Shown: one piece after another, positions 1 to 11,714 of the stretch
Layout: the number at the start of each line of letters is the position of its first letter
How positions within the stretch are numbered: the stretch's first letter is position 1
Assembly: GCA_963555755.3 (NCBI GenBank)
Contig: OY820905.2
Location: forward strand, 1,792,001 to 1,856,000
Direction of reading: 5' to 3'
Source: Nitrospirales bacterium
GTDB lineage: Bacteria; Nitrospirota; Nitrospiria; Nitrospirales; UBA8639
Length of the DNA: 64,000 nt
Program-made: the position numbers and the translations under genes
Notes under the pieces: generated by a model
Databases searched by the model: none
What the model saw: only the letters and a program-made list of their open reading frames with translations
Told to the model about the DNA's origin: nothing

Positions 1-621
1 AATATACGAATCAACGGCTTCCAAGAGCTTCAGAATCGAGGGCACGCCAATGTCGCTGGTGTCCCCTTCGAGCGCTTTGATCGCCGAGCCGGTTATAATG
101 GGAATGTCATCCCCTGGGAATTGATACTTCGACAACAACTCGCGCACTTCGAGTTCGACTAACTCCAACAACTCAGGGTCTTCCACTTTGTCGGCTTTAT
201 TCAAGAACACGACGATGTACGGCACCCCAACTTGCCGGGCCAGCAGAATATGCTCGCGCGTTTGCGGCATCGGCCCATCCGCGGCGGAAACCACCAAAAT
301 CGCCCCATCCATTTGCGCAGCACCCGTAATCATATTCTTGACATAGTCGGCATGCCCGGGGCAGTCCACATGCGCGTAGTGCCGATTCTCGGTCTCATAT
401 TCCACATGGGAGATCGCGATGGTTAAGATCTTCGTCGGATCCCGTCGGCCTTGGGATTCACTGGCTTTGGCCACTTGATCATAGGAGACATAAGTGGCCA
501 ACCCCTTATCCCCCATCACCTTCGTCAAGGCCGAGGTGAGGGTCGTCTTCCCATGGTCCACATGCCCAATCGTCCCCACATTCAAATGCGGCTTCTTCCG
601 ATCAAATTTCGCCTTCGCCAT
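1..621 (-). CDS. tuf: Elongation factor Tu, 5' part (runs off the window start)
   Basis: Minus-strand translation [29 protein letters not shown]...[28 protein letters not shown]; lies downstream of the tRNA cluster. Confidence 0.98.
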   Translation of the reverse strand, partial: MAKAKFDRKKPHLNVGTIGHVDHGKTTLTSALTKVMGDKGLATYVSYDQVAKASESQGRRDPTKILTIAISHVEYETENRHYAHVDCPGHADYVKNMITGAAQMDGAILVVSAADGPMPQTREHILLARQVGVPYIVVFLNKADKVEDPELLELVELEVRELLSKYQFPGDDIPIITGSAIKALEGDTSDIGVPSILKLLEAVDSYI

Positions 622-727
622 CTGCCCCTCCTCAGGAATCCCACCCAGAACCGACACATCTTGGTCGCTGGCTGAGAGCTAAACGTGAAAATTTACATGT
701 ATTTCAATTAGCTGGTTCGAATCAAAC

Positions 728-803
728 TGGAGCCCACGACGCGGATCGAACGCGTGACCTCGTCCTTACCAAGGACGTGCTCTGCCAACTGAGCTACATG
801 GGC
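728..803 (-). tRNA. tRNA-Thr(GGT)
   Basis: Cloverleaf, anticodon loop TTGGTAA, GTTCGA T-loop, 3' CCA. Confidence 0.96.
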
Positions 804-899
804 CTTGATTTCGTAAAACGGGAAACGAGCGGAATGCAGATTCTGTCGTCCCAATTCTTCACCCTTCACGTGTACCGTTTTACGCCTCACGCTTCTCAC

Positions 900-975
<76 letters not shown>

Positions 976-1043
976 TACGCCCTACATGCCTATTAAAATC
1001 CAACGAACGAATTCTCCCTGCCCTTCCCTCGGCAACAAAAAAA

Positions 1044-1128
1044 TGGTGGGCAGGCAAGGATTCGAACCTTGGAAGCCGACGGCAGCAGATTTACAGTCTG
1101 CCCCCTTTGTCCACTCGGGTACCTGCCC
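1044..1128 (-). tRNA. tRNA-Tyr(GTA)
   Basis: Anticodon loop CTGTAAA, long variable arm, 3' CCA. Confidence 0.96.
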
Positions 1129-1315
1129 ATTTTACATCTACACTTTTTGGCAGTCTGCCCTTAAGTCATCAAAGATTAAGGGAAAGATTCAATCGAACGG
1201 GTTGGATGCAATAAGGCAAAACCCTTCTCCCCCCTGAATTTCTAACAGGTAAGAACTAGGGCGCCTTAAAAATTTTCACTTAAATCGCCTAAAGGTCGAT
1301 CACAACAAACGGCAT

Positions 1316-1344
1316 ATTATAAAGACAGAGTGGAAAATCGTCAA
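1316..1344 (-). promoter_or_regulatory. Sigma70 promoter of the tRNA-tuf operon
   Basis: TTGACG-17 bp-TATAAT on the minus strand upstream of tRNA-Tyr. Confidence 0.7.
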
Positions 1345-1566
1345 GATATTTGGATGGAATCAAAATTGATTATTTTTTGAGGCTCAGATCCAAACATTTT
1401 GGGGACAATTTTGCCGGGGCCATGAATCCCTAAACTCAACATGTAGGCAAGTGGTATCGGCCTTTGTATGACGGGAGAAAGGGCTGGACCTCAAGCCTTT
1501 TTGTTTGATATGAAGTTATAAGAGGTATCTTAGGGTTCCCGAAAGTAATGGCAAGGATAGAAATTA

Positions 1567-2055
1567 ATGATTTTTCGACAGAAAATACTGATGCTTTTCC
1601 TTCTGATCACAGTTGTGTTCACGGGATCGTTGTCGGTTTTTGCCACACCACCTGCCCCGCCACCGAAACTTAACCCGGGACTCGCGACCATTCAGACACC
1701 CGACGGATTTACGATATTTGCCGAATTGGCCATTACACCAGACCAACGAACGAAGGGATTGATGTATCGAACCCGTCTGGCACCCGACCGAGGAATGCTC
1801 TTTACCTTCACAGAACCAGGCTATTGGACCTTCTGGATGAAAAACACCAAGATGGCTCTGGATATCCTATGGCTCGATGAAAAGGGCACCATTGTGCATA
1901 TTCAACATGCCGCCCCAATTTGTACACGGCAAGATAATCTCTGCCCACGGTACCGGTCCATAATCCCCGCAGTGTCAGTTTTAGAACTGGGACCAGGACG
2001 AGCGGAAACACTCAACTTAACAAAAGGCAAGACACTCAAGATTGAGTTACCTTAG
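1567..2055 (+). CDS. DUF192 family exported protein
   Basis: Signal peptide; motifs GLMYRTRL..DRGMLF, FWMKNT, LDILWLD, VLEL. Confidence 0.9.
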   Translation: MIFRQKILMLFLLITVVFTGSLSVFATPPAPPPKLNPGLATIQTPDGFTIFAELAITPDQRTKGLMYRTRLAPDRGMLFTFTEPGYWTFWMKNTKMALDILWLDEKGTIVHIQHAAPICTRQDNLCPRYRSIIPAVSVLELGPGRAETLNLTKGKTLKIELP

Positions 2056-2074
2056 GATCCTTGCAAAAGGCTTT

Positions 2075-2274
2075 AAATTCGAAACCCGAATATCGAAATC
2101 CGAAACAAATCCGAAATCCCAAACTCGAATGCCTCAAACGGATCACTGAACTCTTATACGGCAGGCAAAACCCTTCATTCAATCTTCAAGGTCATCCCAA
2201 CAGTTTATCTATGTTTGGTTTTTAGTTTAGTCATTTGAATTTGTTTCGGATTTCGAGATTCGAGTTTCGGATTT
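2075..2274. repeat. Inverted repeat built from heptamer-like (A/T)CGAAA(T/C) units
   Basis: AAATTCGAAACCCGAATATCGAAATCCGAAACAAAT...TTTGTTTCGGATTTCGAGATTCGAGTTTCGGATTT; sister copy at 29723-29853. Confidence 0.8.
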
Positions 2275-2299
2275 GGTCCCAACTTTTCAGATAGGCATT

Positions 2300-4495
2300 C
2301 TACCGTGAACCTTCCCATACTCGGATTCGTTTCGCAGAGATCACACCTTCGATTCGTCCAACCGCTTCCAAGGTTCGGTCAAGATGTAAGGTATTCGACA
2401 CCTCAATGACAAAATCCAAGACAGCTTTTTGATCTTCTCGTGTCGTAATTTCTGCTCGACTGATGTTAGCCTGAGATAAAGAAATGGCGGAAGATACCTT
2501 GGCTAACACCCCCGGTTGATCAATCGTCAACACGCAGACTTTGACTGAATGATTGCCTTCGATTTTCCCATCCCATTCAACCTCAACCAAACGGTCCTTT
2601 TCATAGTCCAAGGCTTGAAGGTTGGGACAGCCTACAGAGTGAATGGTGAGACCACTCCCACGCGTAATGTATCCCATGATGGGATCCCCCGGAACAGGGC
2701 TACAGCATTTCGAGAGCTGCATCATGACATCTCGACCGCCCATGATTTTTACAGCTTTGATAGGCCTTGGGGCCCGCATGTGCGGAACCACCCCTTCCGC
2801 GTCATCCTGGGCAACTTCTTCCCGGGCAGCAGGATCAAGAAATTGGTTGACGACCGTAGCGGCGGACAGGCGACCATAGCCGATCATTCTCATCATTTCA
2901 TCGAGTGATTCATATCCAGCGTCAGCTGCAACCTGTACGAGCTGATCGGATTTAAGCAGTTGAGCTGCCGGAAGGTTATGCCGTCGAAATTCACGTTCTA
3001 AAAGACGCCACCCTAATTCGAGCCCGCGTTTTTGCTCCTCAACTTTGAGCCAATGCTTGATTTTGGCTCTGGCTCGCGAGGTCTGAACAAATGTCAACCA
3101 TTCCCGCTGAGGGGTTTGAGAAGGCGACTTCAGAATGTGAACCGTATCGCCGCTATTGAGCTTGTGTCGCAAGGGAACAATTTTCCCATTGACCTTTGCG
3201 CCAATACAATGATCGCCGATTTCCGTATGAATGGAATAGGCCAAATCCAACGGGGTGGCGCCAAGAGGCAACTCCTTGACCTCACCTTTTGGGGTAAAGG
3301 CAAACACCACATCATGAAAAACATCCAAATGAAACAAGTCGAGTTTCACGGAATCCATGAACTGCTGGTTGTCTGACAAATCTCGATGCCATTCGACAAA
3401 TTGCCGCAACCAGCTAAACACTTTTTCATCTCGATCACCGACCTTGGCCTGCTCCTTGTACCGCCAATGCGCGGCCACGCCATATTCCGCGAGACGATGC
3501 ATGTCTTCCGTTCGAATTTGAAATTCAATATGCTCCCCTTGTGGACCCAGCACCGTCGTATGGAGCGACTGATATAAATTGGTTCGCGGAGTGGCAATGT
3601 AGTCTTTAAACCGACCATGCACGGGCGGCCACAGGGAATGGATCAATCCCAACACCACGTAACAATTCATTTTGGTATCCGAGACGACTCGAATGGCCGC
3701 GAGGTCATAGACCTCCTCAAAGGTGATCTCTTGTCGTTCCATCTTTTGATGGATGGAGTATAAATGTTTAGGCCTACCCTCCACCGCACCCGTCAGACCC
3801 GCGGCAGCCAAGGCGTCTCGTGTCGCATGAATAATGGATTCGACATATTCCTCCCGCTCTTCATCACGTTTCGCCACTCGCAACTTGAGCAAAGAATAGG
3901 CTTCCGGCTTCGAATATTGAAAACATAAATCCTCGAGTTCCTGCTGCATCCAACTCATACCGAGACGATTAGCCAACGGGGCATAAATTTCCAGGGTTTC
4001 TTGAGCAATCTGTTTTTGCTTGCTCTCGGACATGTGCTCGAGCGTTCTCATGTTATGCAAACGGTCCGCCAACTTAATAAACACCACCCGGATATCATCG
4101 GCCATGGACAGCAGCATTTTTCGAAAATTCTCAGCTTGCTTTTCTTCATAGGTCTCAAAAGGAAGCTGTCCGATTTTCGTGACACCTTCCACCAGGTGAG
4201 TCACTTCGTTTCCAAATTGCGCTTGCAACTCTTCTTGGGTCGCCAGGGTATCCTCTAGCGTGTCGTGGAGAAGCGCCGCGACGATGGCAGTCTCATCTAG
4301 CTTGAGAAAAGTCAGGATTCCCGCCACGGCCAAAGGATGTTGGAGATAGGGTTCCCCGGAACGCCGGGTTTGCCCTTCATGCGCCTTCGCGGAAAAATCA
4401 TACGCGCGTCGGATCACAGCCTCATCCGCTTCGGGATGATAGCTATGAACTTGTTCAACAAGCTGGTCGATCTCTGTGACAATCGCTAAGGACAT
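2300..4495 (-). CDS. relA: Bifunctional (p)ppGpp synthetase/hydrolase (RelA/SpoT)
   Basis: HD domain (LLHDTLED), synthetase (YQSLHTT, EFQIRT), TGS and ACT domains; alternative GTG start at 4510. Confidence 0.96.
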   Translation of the reverse strand: MSLAIVTEIDQLVEQVHSYHPEADEAVIRRAYDFSAKAHEGQTRRSGEPYLQHPLAVAGILTFLKLDETAIVAALLHDTLEDTLATQEELQAQFGNEVTHLVEGVTKIGQLPFETYEEKQAENFRKMLLSMADDIRVVFIKLADRLHNMRTLEHMSESKQKQIAQETLEIYAPLANRLGMSWMQQELEDLCFQYSKPEAYSLLKLRVAKRDEEREEYVESIIHATRDALAAAGLTGAVEGRPKHLYSIHQKMERQEITFEEVYDLAAIRVVSDTKMNCYVVLGLIHSLWPPVHGRFKDYIATPRTNLYQSLHTTVLGPQGEHIEFQIRTEDMHRLAEYGVAAHWRYKEQAKVGDRDEKVFSWLRQFVEWHRDLSDNQQFMDSVKLDLFHLDVFHDVVFAFTPKGEVKELPLGATPLDLAYSIHTEIGDHCIGAKVNGKIVPLRHKLNSGDTVHILKSPSQTPQREWLTFVQTSRARAKIKHWLKVEEQKRGLELGWRLLEREFRRHNLPAAQLLKSDQLVQVAADAGYESLDEMMRMIGYGRLSAATVVNQFLDPAAREEVAQDDAEGVVPHMRAPRPIKAVKIMGGRDVMMQLSKCCSPVPGDPIMGYITRGSGLTIHSVGCPNLQALDYEKDRLVEVEWDGKIEGNHSVKVCVLTIDQPGVLAKVSSAISLSQANISRAEITTREDQKAVLDFVIEVSNTLHLDRTLEAVGRIEGVISAKRIRVWEGSR

Positions 4496-4502
4496 GTGAC
4501 TC

Positions 4503-6206
4503 TCATACACCTCGACTCATTCGCACATCTCTCATGCGCAACTGAACCCGATCATACCCTTTCCATCGATTGAACTCTGGCATAAACGCTACGTCAAATT
4601 GCTGTCCGCTTCCATTGATCTGGGCAAGCCATTCACCCATCCGAAACCCAATACATTCCACCGGCACCGACCCAGGCTGACGAACCACCAATTTCAAATG
4701 ATTCTCACCCACAATTTTCTTTTCTAAAACCGTGACACCAGAAACTGAAAGAGTCGGTTCAGGATTGCCCATGCCAAACGGATTCAATTGGTCCAATTCT
4801 CGCAACAGCCGAGGGGTCACCTCTGAAAGATGCACCTCCGCGTCGATCTCCAGGACAGGCAACTTGGATTCTGCACTCAACGTATCAGTTACTATCTTAG
4901 CCATTTTTTCTTGCAAACTCGAAAATGCTTGAGAGGAAACGGTTAACCCCGCGGCAGCCGGGTGCCCGCCAAAACCCAGTAAATGCTCCTGGCACTGGGC
5001 CAAGGCTTCAAACACATTGAACCCAGGCACGGAACGCGCAGACCCTTTCCCCACGCCCTCCTGATCAAAGGCCACGACCACCGCCGGACGATGATAGCGC
5101 TCAACCAGTCGAGACGCCACAATACCCACAACCCCCATATGCCACCCTCGCTTACCGACCACAATGACAGGGGACTCATCCCCTTCCTCGACACAGGCTT
5201 TGGCTTCTTCAAAAATATCCTGTTCAATTTCACGACGCTGCCGATTCAACTGCTCTAATTTCTGTGCGATCGACAAGGCCTCGGCTTCCGATTCACTCGT
5301 CAGTAGCTTCACACCTAAGCTCGCATGGGCTAATCGACCGGCGGCATTGATCACCGGAGCAAGCCGAAATCCGATGGTGCTTGCGGAGCAGCTATCCGTA
5401 ATACCTAAAACCTGCTTTAAGGCTCGAATACCACAACGAGTACCCTCGGTGATTTGGCGAAGACCGTCCCGAACGAACGACCTGTTTTCATCACGAAGTG
5501 GCACGACATCAGCCACGGACGACAACGCCACAAGATCAAGGTAATCCTTGGGCGAAACTTCGGGCTGGCCATATTTCATCGAATACGCTTCAGCCATTTT
5601 GTAGGCGAGTCCACCTGAACACAGGCCCTGGAAGGGATAAAGACTGTCGGGGCGATACGGGTTTAAAAAAGCAAAAGGCTCGGGAGCGGTATCTTGAAAT
5701 TGGTGGTGGTCCATCACAATAACATCTATTCCCAGGCGCCGAGCCAATGCTATTTCTCGATGCGAGGTGGTTCCACAATCTGCCGTCACCATCACCGAAA
5801 CATGGCGATCGGCGAGTTTTCGAATGGCACCCTCATTCAATCCATATCCTTCTTCTTGGCGGTGCGGAATATAGACCTCTGCTTGTGCGCCCATTTTCCC
5901 GAAGAAAGACCAATGTAAACTGGTGGCGGAAATGCCATCGACATCGTAATCGCCATAGAAACACATCCGCTCCCGCTGATGAATGGCCTGTTGAAGCCGG
6001 TCAATGCATTTTTCCATGTCTGGCAGAAGGAATGGGTCATGACCATTCCATCCAGAATCGGTCAGCCAACTATGAGCCTGGCCCGAATCCGTTACACCTC
6101 TCCCCCACAACACTTTGGCGGTAATGGGAGAAAAAGCCAATGATTCGGCAAGTGCCAGGATTTGCTCTTGGTCAACGGGCCTGGTGATCCAGCGTTTTTC
6201 GATCAT
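4503..6206 (-). CDS. recJ: ssDNA exonuclease RecJ
   Basis: YGDYDVDG, DHH, ADVVPL, GSARS and GGHPAAAG motifs. Confidence 0.97.
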   Translation of the reverse strand: MIEKRWITRPVDQEQILALAESLAFSPITAKVLWGRGVTDSGQAHSWLTDSGWNGHDPFLLPDMEKCIDRLQQAIHQRERMCFYGDYDVDGISATSLHWSFFGKMGAQAEVYIPHRQEEGYGLNEGAIRKLADRHVSVMVTADCGTTSHREIALARRLGIDVIVMDHHQFQDTAPEPFAFLNPYRPDSLYPFQGLCSGGLAYKMAEAYSMKYGQPEVSPKDYLDLVALSSVADVVPLRDENRSFVRDGLRQITEGTRCGIRALKQVLGITDSCSASTIGFRLAPVINAAGRLAHASLGVKLLTSESEAEALSIAQKLEQLNRQRREIEQDIFEEAKACVEEGDESPVIVVGKRGWHMGVVGIVASRLVERYHRPAVVVAFDQEGVGKGSARSVPGFNVFEALAQCQEHLLGFGGHPAAAGLTVSSQAFSSLQEKMAKIVTDTLSAESKLPVLEIDAEVHLSEVTPRLLRELDQLNPFGMGNPEPTLSVSGVTVLEKKIVGENHLKLVVRQPGSVPVECIGFRMGEWLAQINGSGQQFDVAFMPEFNRWKGYDRVQLRMRDVRMSRGV

Positions 6207-6384
6207 AGCTTTTATGAAAACTGATATAAAAAAAAGGAATGGCGTTTTTCGATCATGGTTTTTTTAAGAACTGGTATGGAAAAGGGCAAGATAGCTTGAT
6301 GAGAATCTTAGGAGTTGGATCCAAGGGTGTCAAACCCAACCTGTGGGGGAAACAACGTAACTCCTAACCCGGACGAGCTGGAAC

Positions 6385-7177
6385 GGTATTGTCAATTTAA
6401 GTTGCAGTTGACAGACTGGGCTGTATGAAAAATAAACCACCCAGCTACCAACGTCACCGTTTTCCCTCTGAAATTATTAGCCATGCCGTCTGGTTGTACC
6501 ATCGTTTCTGCCTCAGTTTCCGTGAAGTCGAAGAATTGCTGACCGAACGTGGCATCACCGTCACCTATGAAACCGTTCGTCAATGGTGCCGAAAGTTTGG
6601 GCCAGCCTATGCTCGGAAATTGAAGAAGCGACAAGGTCGTCTTGGTGAGACGTGGCATCTGGATGAAGTGTTTGTGTCCATCCAAGGCGAACAGCAGTAT
6701 CTCTGGCGAGCCGTGGATCAAGACGGCGATACCATTGATATGTTGGTGCAACGCCGACGCAATAAACACGCGGCCGGGCGCTTCTTCCGCCGCTTACTGA
6801 AAGGCCAAGGCCGTGAGCCGCGCTGGATGATCACCGACACACTCACAAGCTACGGTGCCGCACACCGGGCCGTCATGCCGACCGTCGAGCATATCAATGC
6901 GGTCTACGCGAATAACCGAGTTGAAGTGTCACACCAACCCACGCGGCAACAAGAATATCATATGCGAGGGTTTTCTTCAGCAACTCACGCTCAACGGTTT
7001 TTGACGTGACACGGACTCACCCAGAATCTCTTTCGTCTCGGCCGCCACCTCATGCAGGCGGTCAACTATCGACTGTTGCGCACCCAGGCCTTTCAGGTCT
7101 GGAAGGAAGCGGTGTGCGCATAAGCAGGTCGGCTTAGCTGGCTCAATTTGCCCATCGATCGTTAAGTTGACAATGCC
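6385..7177 (+). mobile_element. IS6 family element; transposase 6425-7123 has an in-frame TGA at 7007-7009
   Basis: IRs GGTATTGTCAATTTAA / TTAAGTTGACAATGCC; HRFPSEIISHAVWLY, WHLDEVFV, NNRVEVSHQPTR. Confidence 0.9.
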
Positions 7178-7375
7178 TCGATTCAAGCTCAACGGTTTCT
7201 CACGCTCCATGGTCTCACACAGAATTTGTTTCGTCTCGGTCGCCATCTGATGCAGGCGGTCCACTATCGGTTCTTACGTACGCAGGCCTTTGAGGTCTGG
7301 AAGGATTCGGTGTACGCATGAGACGTGTGGCCAAACAGGTTCAATTCGCGCTTTGGCCGTTAAGTTGACAATGCC
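7178..7375 (+). mobile_element. 3' remnant of a second, diverged IS6 copy
   Basis: Repeats the transposase C-terminus (QRFLTLHGLTQNLFRLGRH) and the right IR. Confidence 0.85.
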
Positions 7376-7533
7376 CCTCAGAGCCTTCCACGGGTTGTTT
7401 TGGGCAACCCGAGTTCGGTGGGGATACAGAGCCTATTGAGTTTTTTCGCAGGTCGTTCAGTTTGACCGTCATGGAAAGCGACAGAATTCCCTGTTGGGCC
7501 ATGATTCCTCCTTTCAGCCCGAATATCGCACCA

Positions 7534-8582
7534 TATGCCTTCCCATTTAACTAAACCTGTTTAAATGGATCAAACAGCGTCTCAGCTGCAAATCTTTTTT
7601 CAACATCTCCGAAAATGCCGTCATTGGAGTCAGATCGGGATCGCCAACTCAGTCAAGATGTGCTTGACAGGTATCGTCAAAACACGCCTCATGATCAAGA
7701 CCGTTCTACCCAGGTTTACAGATTTTGCCTCACGCTGTTTGGAAAATTGTGAATCAAATACTTACCCAGGAACTTGCCATGAGTAGACTGGTGCCATACG
7801 TAATCAATAGAAATTGGTGATAATTTAACCGAGTATCCCTTCCAACCATCGGACTTGATCTTACTGCCCTTAGCGACATGGCTTTTAGGAATGCTATTCA
7901 TCTCGTCTCTCCAACGTCTTGAAGAATCGCATACCATTGTAAACGCCCTGCCTTCCCATTTGACTAAGGTGATCCCTAGTGTAGTACTGCTGGACTATGG
8001 ACACAGGGTATGCTGCTGATATCTTGGTTTTCTGTTAGGTTCGCACACCGAAGAAGCGTGCTTCGAGTACTTGCCACCGATATCGGTGGCCAGACGGGTT
8101 CAATGTGTCCAGCTTGCCGTCATCGCGGTGGTTGGTCGCTCAAAAAATATTTCCGGTTTGAGTGTTGTCGTGTCATAGACAGGACATCACCTTCTGAAGC
8201 GGCACAGTGATGCATAGACGCACTTGCGCTACGGCTTTGGTTTTGGGAGCCTATAGGCGTCTCCACGCACAACCAAAGCCAGTGCTGTGCAATTGCAGCG
8301 TCAACTCAGTATCAAGAAGGTGGATAGCGCCTGGATTCTGCTCCACAGATTGCGACGAGGAATGGTACGACAGAACCGTGAACGGCTCGCAGGAACAGTT
8401 GAAGCCGACCAACCCATATCGCGTGGACCGGCAAGCTGGCAAAACGGGCCGTGGCGTCGCGAAAGCGCAAAACCGAAGACGTTCTTAGCCGGAGCCGTAG
8501 AAATTCCACGTACACACAAGGGGATCCCTTTCCAGAGAAAGCAGGGCGTTTACGATTAACCTTAGTCAAATGGGAAGGCATA
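7534..8582 (-). mobile_element. Scrambled IS1595 copy (possible assembly artefact)
   Basis: Both IS1595 IRs and an 8-bp TSD TCGCACCA; interior is an error-rich mosaic of IS4-remnant and inverted IS1595 segments. Confidence 0.75.
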
Positions 8583-8612
8583 TCGCACCAATATCCCAGC
8601 CCTGGTTTGCCC

Positions 8613-8903
8613 CTAAACCTGTTTAAATGGATCAAACAGCGTCTCAGAATCAAATCTTTTTTCCGCATCTCCGAAAATGCCGTCAAGAGTCAGATCGGGA
8701 TCGCCATCTCAGTCTATGTGCTCGTGACAATCGTCAAAACACGCCTCATGATCAAGACCGATCTCTACCCAACACAGATCTTGAGCCTCACCCTGTTTGA
8801 GAAAATTCCATTGAATCAAATACTTACGGACAGGAACTGCCATGAGTAGACTGGTGCCATACGTAATCAATAGAAATTGGTGATAATTTAACCGTATAGT
8901 AGT
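8613..8903 (+). pseudogene. IS4 family transposase 3' remnant
   Basis: LFKWIKQRLRIKSFF...ENAVKSQI similar to 11020-11310; ends in a degenerate IR. Confidence 0.8.
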
Positions 8904-9021
8904 GCCAATATATAATTTGTGATTTTAATATACTTAGTATTGACATGCCTTTTATAATTATATTCACTAGTGTCCCAACGTTGCTAGATCCATCCCGCAT
9001 AACCATTTGAATTATAGAAGA

Positions 9022-10033
9022 TATGCCTTCCCATTTGACTAAGGTTAGTCCCTAGACTAGTCTGCTGGACTATGGACACAGGGTATGCTGCTGATATCTT
9101 GGATTTTTCTGTTAGGTTCCACACCGAAGAAGCGTGCTTCGAGTACTTGCGGGCGATTCGGTGGCCAGACGGGTTTATGTGTCCAGCTTGCGGTCATCGC
9201 GGTGGTTGGTGGCTCAAAAAATATTTCCGGTTTGAGTGTTCGTCGTGTCATAGACAGACATCACCGCTAAGCGGCACAGTGATGCATAGATCGCACTTGC
9301 CGCTACGGCTTTGGTTTTGGGCTGCCTATTTCGTCTCCACGCACACACCTGGCATCAGTGCTGTGCAATTGCAGCGTCAACTCAGTATCAAGAAGGTGGA
9401 TAGCGCCTGGTATTTGCTCCACAGATTGCGACGAGGAATGGTACGACAGAACCGTGAACGGCTCGCAGGAACAGTTGAAGCCGATGAAACCCATATCGGT
9501 GGACCGGTAAAAGGCAAAACGGGCCGTGGCGTCGCGAAAGCGAAAACCAAGACGTTAATAGCCGGAGCCGTAGAAATTGTCACGTACACACAAGGGGATC
9601 ACTTTCGAGAGAAAGCAGGGCGTTTACGATTAGCGATTCTTCAAGACGCTGGAGAGAACGAGATCAAAGCATTCCTCAATAGCCATGTCGCTGAGGGCAG
9701 TAAGATCAAGTCCGATGGTTGGAAGGGATACTCGGCAAAAGCCTTGGCAGGATACGAACACCTGAGACGGACCCAGGGTGACCCAGCAAGTGCTGGGAAG
9801 CACGCTCCACACATCCATAGAGCGTTCGGCAATCTGCAGACCTGGCTGAACGGGATTCACCATGGAGTGGATTCAAAATACCTGCAACACTATCTTGATG
9901 AGTTTGTCTTTCGCTATAACCGCCGTGAGACTCCAATGAGTACCTTCCAGAGTTTGTTGAAAATCCTGACCAGCAGCTCAAAACCCTTGGGATTCAATAA
10001 ACTGAAGCAACCTTAGTTAAATGGGAAGGCATA
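9022..10033 (+). mobile_element. IS1595 family element, copy 1
   Basis: IRs TATGCCTTCCCATTT(G/A)ACTAAGG; TSD ATAGAAGA. Confidence 0.95.
9072..10016 (+). CDS. IS1595 family transposase
   Basis: RWPDGFMCPACG zinc finger, VEADETHIGG, SDGWKGY, YLDEFVFRYNRR. Confidence 0.95.
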   Translation: MDTGYAADILDFSVRFHTEEACFEYLRAIRWPDGFMCPACGHRGGWWLKKYFRFECSSCHRQTSPLSGTVMHRSHLPLRLWFWAAYFVSTHTPGISAVQLQRQLSIKKVDSAWYLLHRLRRGMVRQNRERLAGTVEADETHIGGPVKGKTGRGVAKAKTKTLIAGAVEIVTYTQGDHFREKAGRLRLAILQDAGENEIKAFLNSHVAEGSKIKSDGWKGYSAKALAGYEHLRRTQGDPASAGKHAPHIHRAFGNLQTWLNGIHHGVDSKYLQHYLDEFVFRYNRRETPMSTFQSLLKILTSSSKPLGFNKLKQP

Positions 10034-11714
10034 ATAGAAGAAATTAGGCGAATCATGGGTGTCACCGATTTGAACTGTGCAAAAACCTCTAAAATGCCAC
10101 TATTTAGGCTATTTTTGGAGGAAAATCATGCACATAGGGAAACTCGTCTTTGCTCAATTGATGGATCATCTTCCCATGCATACCTTTCGTTGCTGTGTGA
10201 CGCGCTACGATGGAAATCACAAGGTCAAATCATTCAGTTGTCTCGACCAATTCCTCTGTATGAGCGTTGCTCAATTGACCTACAGAGAAAGCCTTCGGGA
10301 TATCGAGGCCTGTCTTCGTGCCCAACGAGAAAAGTGCTACCACATGGGTATTCGTGGAAGCGTCTCTCGCAACACTCTCTCCAATGCCCACAAAGTCCGC
10401 GACTGGAGAATGTACGCCGACGTTGCTCAGGCCTTGATCAAGATGGCACGGCCCCTCTATGCCCAAGAAGATTGAGGGCTCGATCTCGACAATACTATCT
10501 ATGCGCTCGACGCCTCCACAATCGATCTCTGTCTCTCCGTGTTTCCCTGGGCGCTCTTTCGTTCCACCAAATCAGCTGTCACACTCCATACCCTGCTCGA
10601 TTTACGAGGCAATATCCCAACTTTCATCCATATCTCAGACGGCAAGCTACACGACGTCAAGGTCCTCGATCTCCTCATCCCAGAGCCAGGGGCGTTCTAC
10701 ATCATGGATCGAGGGTATCTGGATTTCGGACGACTCTTCACCCTGAATCAAGCCGGCGCCTTCTTCGTCATTCGCGCCAAGAGCAATACCCAATACACAC
10801 GTCGGGACTCTCATCCCATAGCCAGATCCCAGGGGCTGCGCTGCGATCAACGTATTATTCTGACCGGAGTCGATTCAAAGAAGGACTATCCACAATCATT
10901 ACGGCGGATCAAATATCACGACGACCAGATCGACAAAACCTTCAATTTCCTGACCAACAACTTTTTGATACCCGCACAGACTGTAGCCGATCTCTACCGG
11001 TATCGATGGCAGGTAGAGCTGTTTTTCAAATGGATCAAACAACACCTGAGAATCAAATCCTTTTTTGGCACGTCCGAGAATGCCGTGAAGCGTCAGATTT
11101 GGATCGCCATCTCAGTCTACGTGCTCGTGGCGATCATCAAAAAACGACTCAACCTCAAAACCGATCTCTACACAATATGACAGATTTTGAGTCTGACGCT
11201 TTTCGAGAAAACACCATTGGATCAATTACTTATGGGCATCCATTACAAAAATGAGGATTCTATGATGTCTAACCAATTGAATTTGTTCGATTAAACGTTG
11301 GGACACTAGTGAATTATATTATAGGTTTATTTGCCCTCGTGTTCAATGGCCCTCGTGTTTAATGTATCGCGAATTTCTTGTAATCGGGAGAAAACAAAAA
11401 AACATACCGGGGCCGTTGAGATTTGAGAGACCGTGAATGCCCAAGTAGGCAAGACTAATTTGGAGGATCTATATCAAAGGCAATATATCTAAACATTTGT
11501 AAGGCCATGGATCTAAAAGTTCTGAATTGAGCAGCCGTTGAATCATGTTGAAATTTTTGTGGGTCATAACAGAATACATGGTTCTCCCATACCGCCATCC
11601 AATTCTGGCTCCCTGAAGCTTTTTGTCCCTGCCTCTCCTTCCTGTTAGCTTTCTTTCTTGTGTAGCTGTACAATATTACCAGCCTTCGCTGAAGCGGGCT
11701 TCGCGCAGGCAGGT

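Larger units (their letters stand above)
8965..11311 (+). mobile_element. IS4 family element; transposase 10128-11293 with two TGA stops; carries a nested IS1595
   Basis: IRs CACTAGTGTCCCAACGTT; 9-bp TSD AATTATATT; DUF4372-like N-terminus, YIMDRGY, YRYRWQVELFFKWIKQHL. Confidence 0.9.

Noticed and set aside
10055..11254. 399-aa ORF over IS4
   Set aside because: Alternative frame with no recognisable motifs; the real transposase is in the stop-interrupted frame
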